64,000 nucleotides of DNA from Candidatus Woesearchaeota archaeon (GTDB lineage: Archaea > Nanobdellota > Nanobdellia > Pacearchaeales > GW2011-AR1): contig CAZTVG010000002.1 of assembly GCA_964617015.1 (NCBI GenBank), positions 13,077-77,076 of the forward strand. Reading direction: 5' to 3'. The notes beneath the pieces were generated by a model. The model made no database searches and was not told the origin of the DNA. It worked only from the letters and a program-made list of their open reading frames with translations. Of this stretch, positions 63,312 through 64,000 are shown in pieces; position 1 is the stretch's first letter, and each line of letters begins with the position of its first letter. The position numbers were made by a program, and so were the translations under genes.

Positions 63312-63914
63312 TTATTTTTTATAGATAATCACAATATCTTCATCAGTTCCAGCTGCTTTTCTGGCTTTATCAAAAACTGCTCTCTCAATAGGCATAAATT
63401 CTTGTGGATTATTTAATCCATGATTGTGCACATAAACATTTTGGCTATCATATCCAACTATAGGGGAAAAATGTCCTTGATAACCTTTTTCCATTCTAGA
63501 TGTCACAATATTCCAATCAATAAGAACAATTGGAATGCTATCCTTTGTTACAAACCCCAAAAGTTCTTCTAAAGATAATATTTTTTCCTGTATATTTACT
63601 CCCGCCATTTTTGCATCTTCTACTAATTTTTTTGAATTTTCTGCTATATCACCATATTTTGCATAAAAATCTAATTTTAAATTCTCTTCATTGGAAAGAA
63701 CATGTTTCGAATAAAAATCTGTTCTGTGCCCTAAAGATGTAGCGGCAGTTGCCATTTGAATCGTGTAAGTACCCTTACCTTTCTTAATTCCTGTTTTTTC
63801 CTCCAAAATTTCCATTCCCGGATCCTTTCCAAAATAAGCAAGAATCATCCTTAATGCAGAAGGTCCACAGTTTAAACGAGTTGTTTGTTTAAAAAAAGGT
63901 ATTTCTAATTTCAT
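63312..63914 (-). CDS. Peptidase C39-like domain protein
   Basis: PFFKQTTRLNCGPSALRMILAYFG (Q...CGP.AL.M) and later GHFSPIVGYD...VYVHN form the C39-like Cys/His arrangement. Confidence 0.65.
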   Translation of the reverse strand: MKLEIPFFKQTTRLNCGPSALRMILAYFGKDPGMEILEEKTGIKKGKGTYTIQMATAATSLGHRTDFYSKHVLSNEENLKLDFYAKYGDIAENSKKLVEDAKMAGVNIQEKILSLEELLGFVTKDSIPIVLIDWNIVTSRMEKGYQGHFSPIVGYDSQNVYVHNHGLNNPQEFMPIERAVFDKARKAAGTDEDIVIIYKK

Positions 63915-64000
63915 GATAAAAGATAAATATTTCTGATTATAAATTTATCTAAGTGATAAAATTCTCAGAAACAATCTTTGAAACACCGTGCTCTTTTTTG

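Overview
This is an AT-rich, gene-dense archaeal window. Sampled 60-nt lines are about 28-30% G+C, rising to about 50% in one island. It most likely comes from a small-genome, DPANN-like archaeon (inference).

Archaeal hallmarks:
- an initiator tRNA-Met with A1:U72
- aCPSF1
- proteasome beta subunit
- DTD2-type D-aminoacyl-tRNA deacylase
- diphthine synthase
- class I CCA-adding enzyme
- RtcB plus archease
- three or four TrmB-type regulators
- a presenilin-like protease
- a probable SRP RNA
- a ~9-kb archaeal type IV pilus locus (31.3-40.5 kb), with seven class-III-signal pilin-like genes, a FlaI/PilB-type ATPase and a FlaJ/TadC platform split over two genes

Other housekeeping genes: ileS, argS, rnhB, pcm, an endonuclease IV-like gene, two GTPases and three tRNAs, none with an encoded CCA.

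Accessory content: four toxin-antitoxin pairs (2x hicAB, vapBC, relBE), several large secreted or anchored surface proteins (Ig-like repeats, PKD, Cys-rich repeats), a secreted SNase-type nuclease and a free-standing LAGLIDADG gene.

Observations most worth follow-up:
1. A translationally coupled minus-strand operon at 43.5-45.2 kb. It encodes an unannotated 45-aa acidic peptide, a TraB/TIKI-like putative protease and an RRE-fused ThiF/E1-like enzyme (RiPP-like).
2. A TIR-domain protein next to a divergent proteasome-beta/HslV-like Ntn hydrolase at 28.4-30.0 kb. This is a candidate two-gene defence module.
3. An SMC-headed ATPase with a central CPIC zinc-hook-like motif where the hinge should be.
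4. A GGDEF diguanylate cyclase and a bacterial-type outer-membrane beta-barrel-like protein, both in an archaeal context.
5. An 870-codon Cys-rich surface-protein frame interrupted by a single in-frame TGA.
6. A dual-HTH protein built around eight tandem 48-bp (16-aa) repeats.
7. A 14-nt duplication of the tRNA-Ser 5' end, plus a ~29-nt motif shared with the 3' flank of tRNA-Leu.

All functional calls come from motif recognition by eye. No database search was run.
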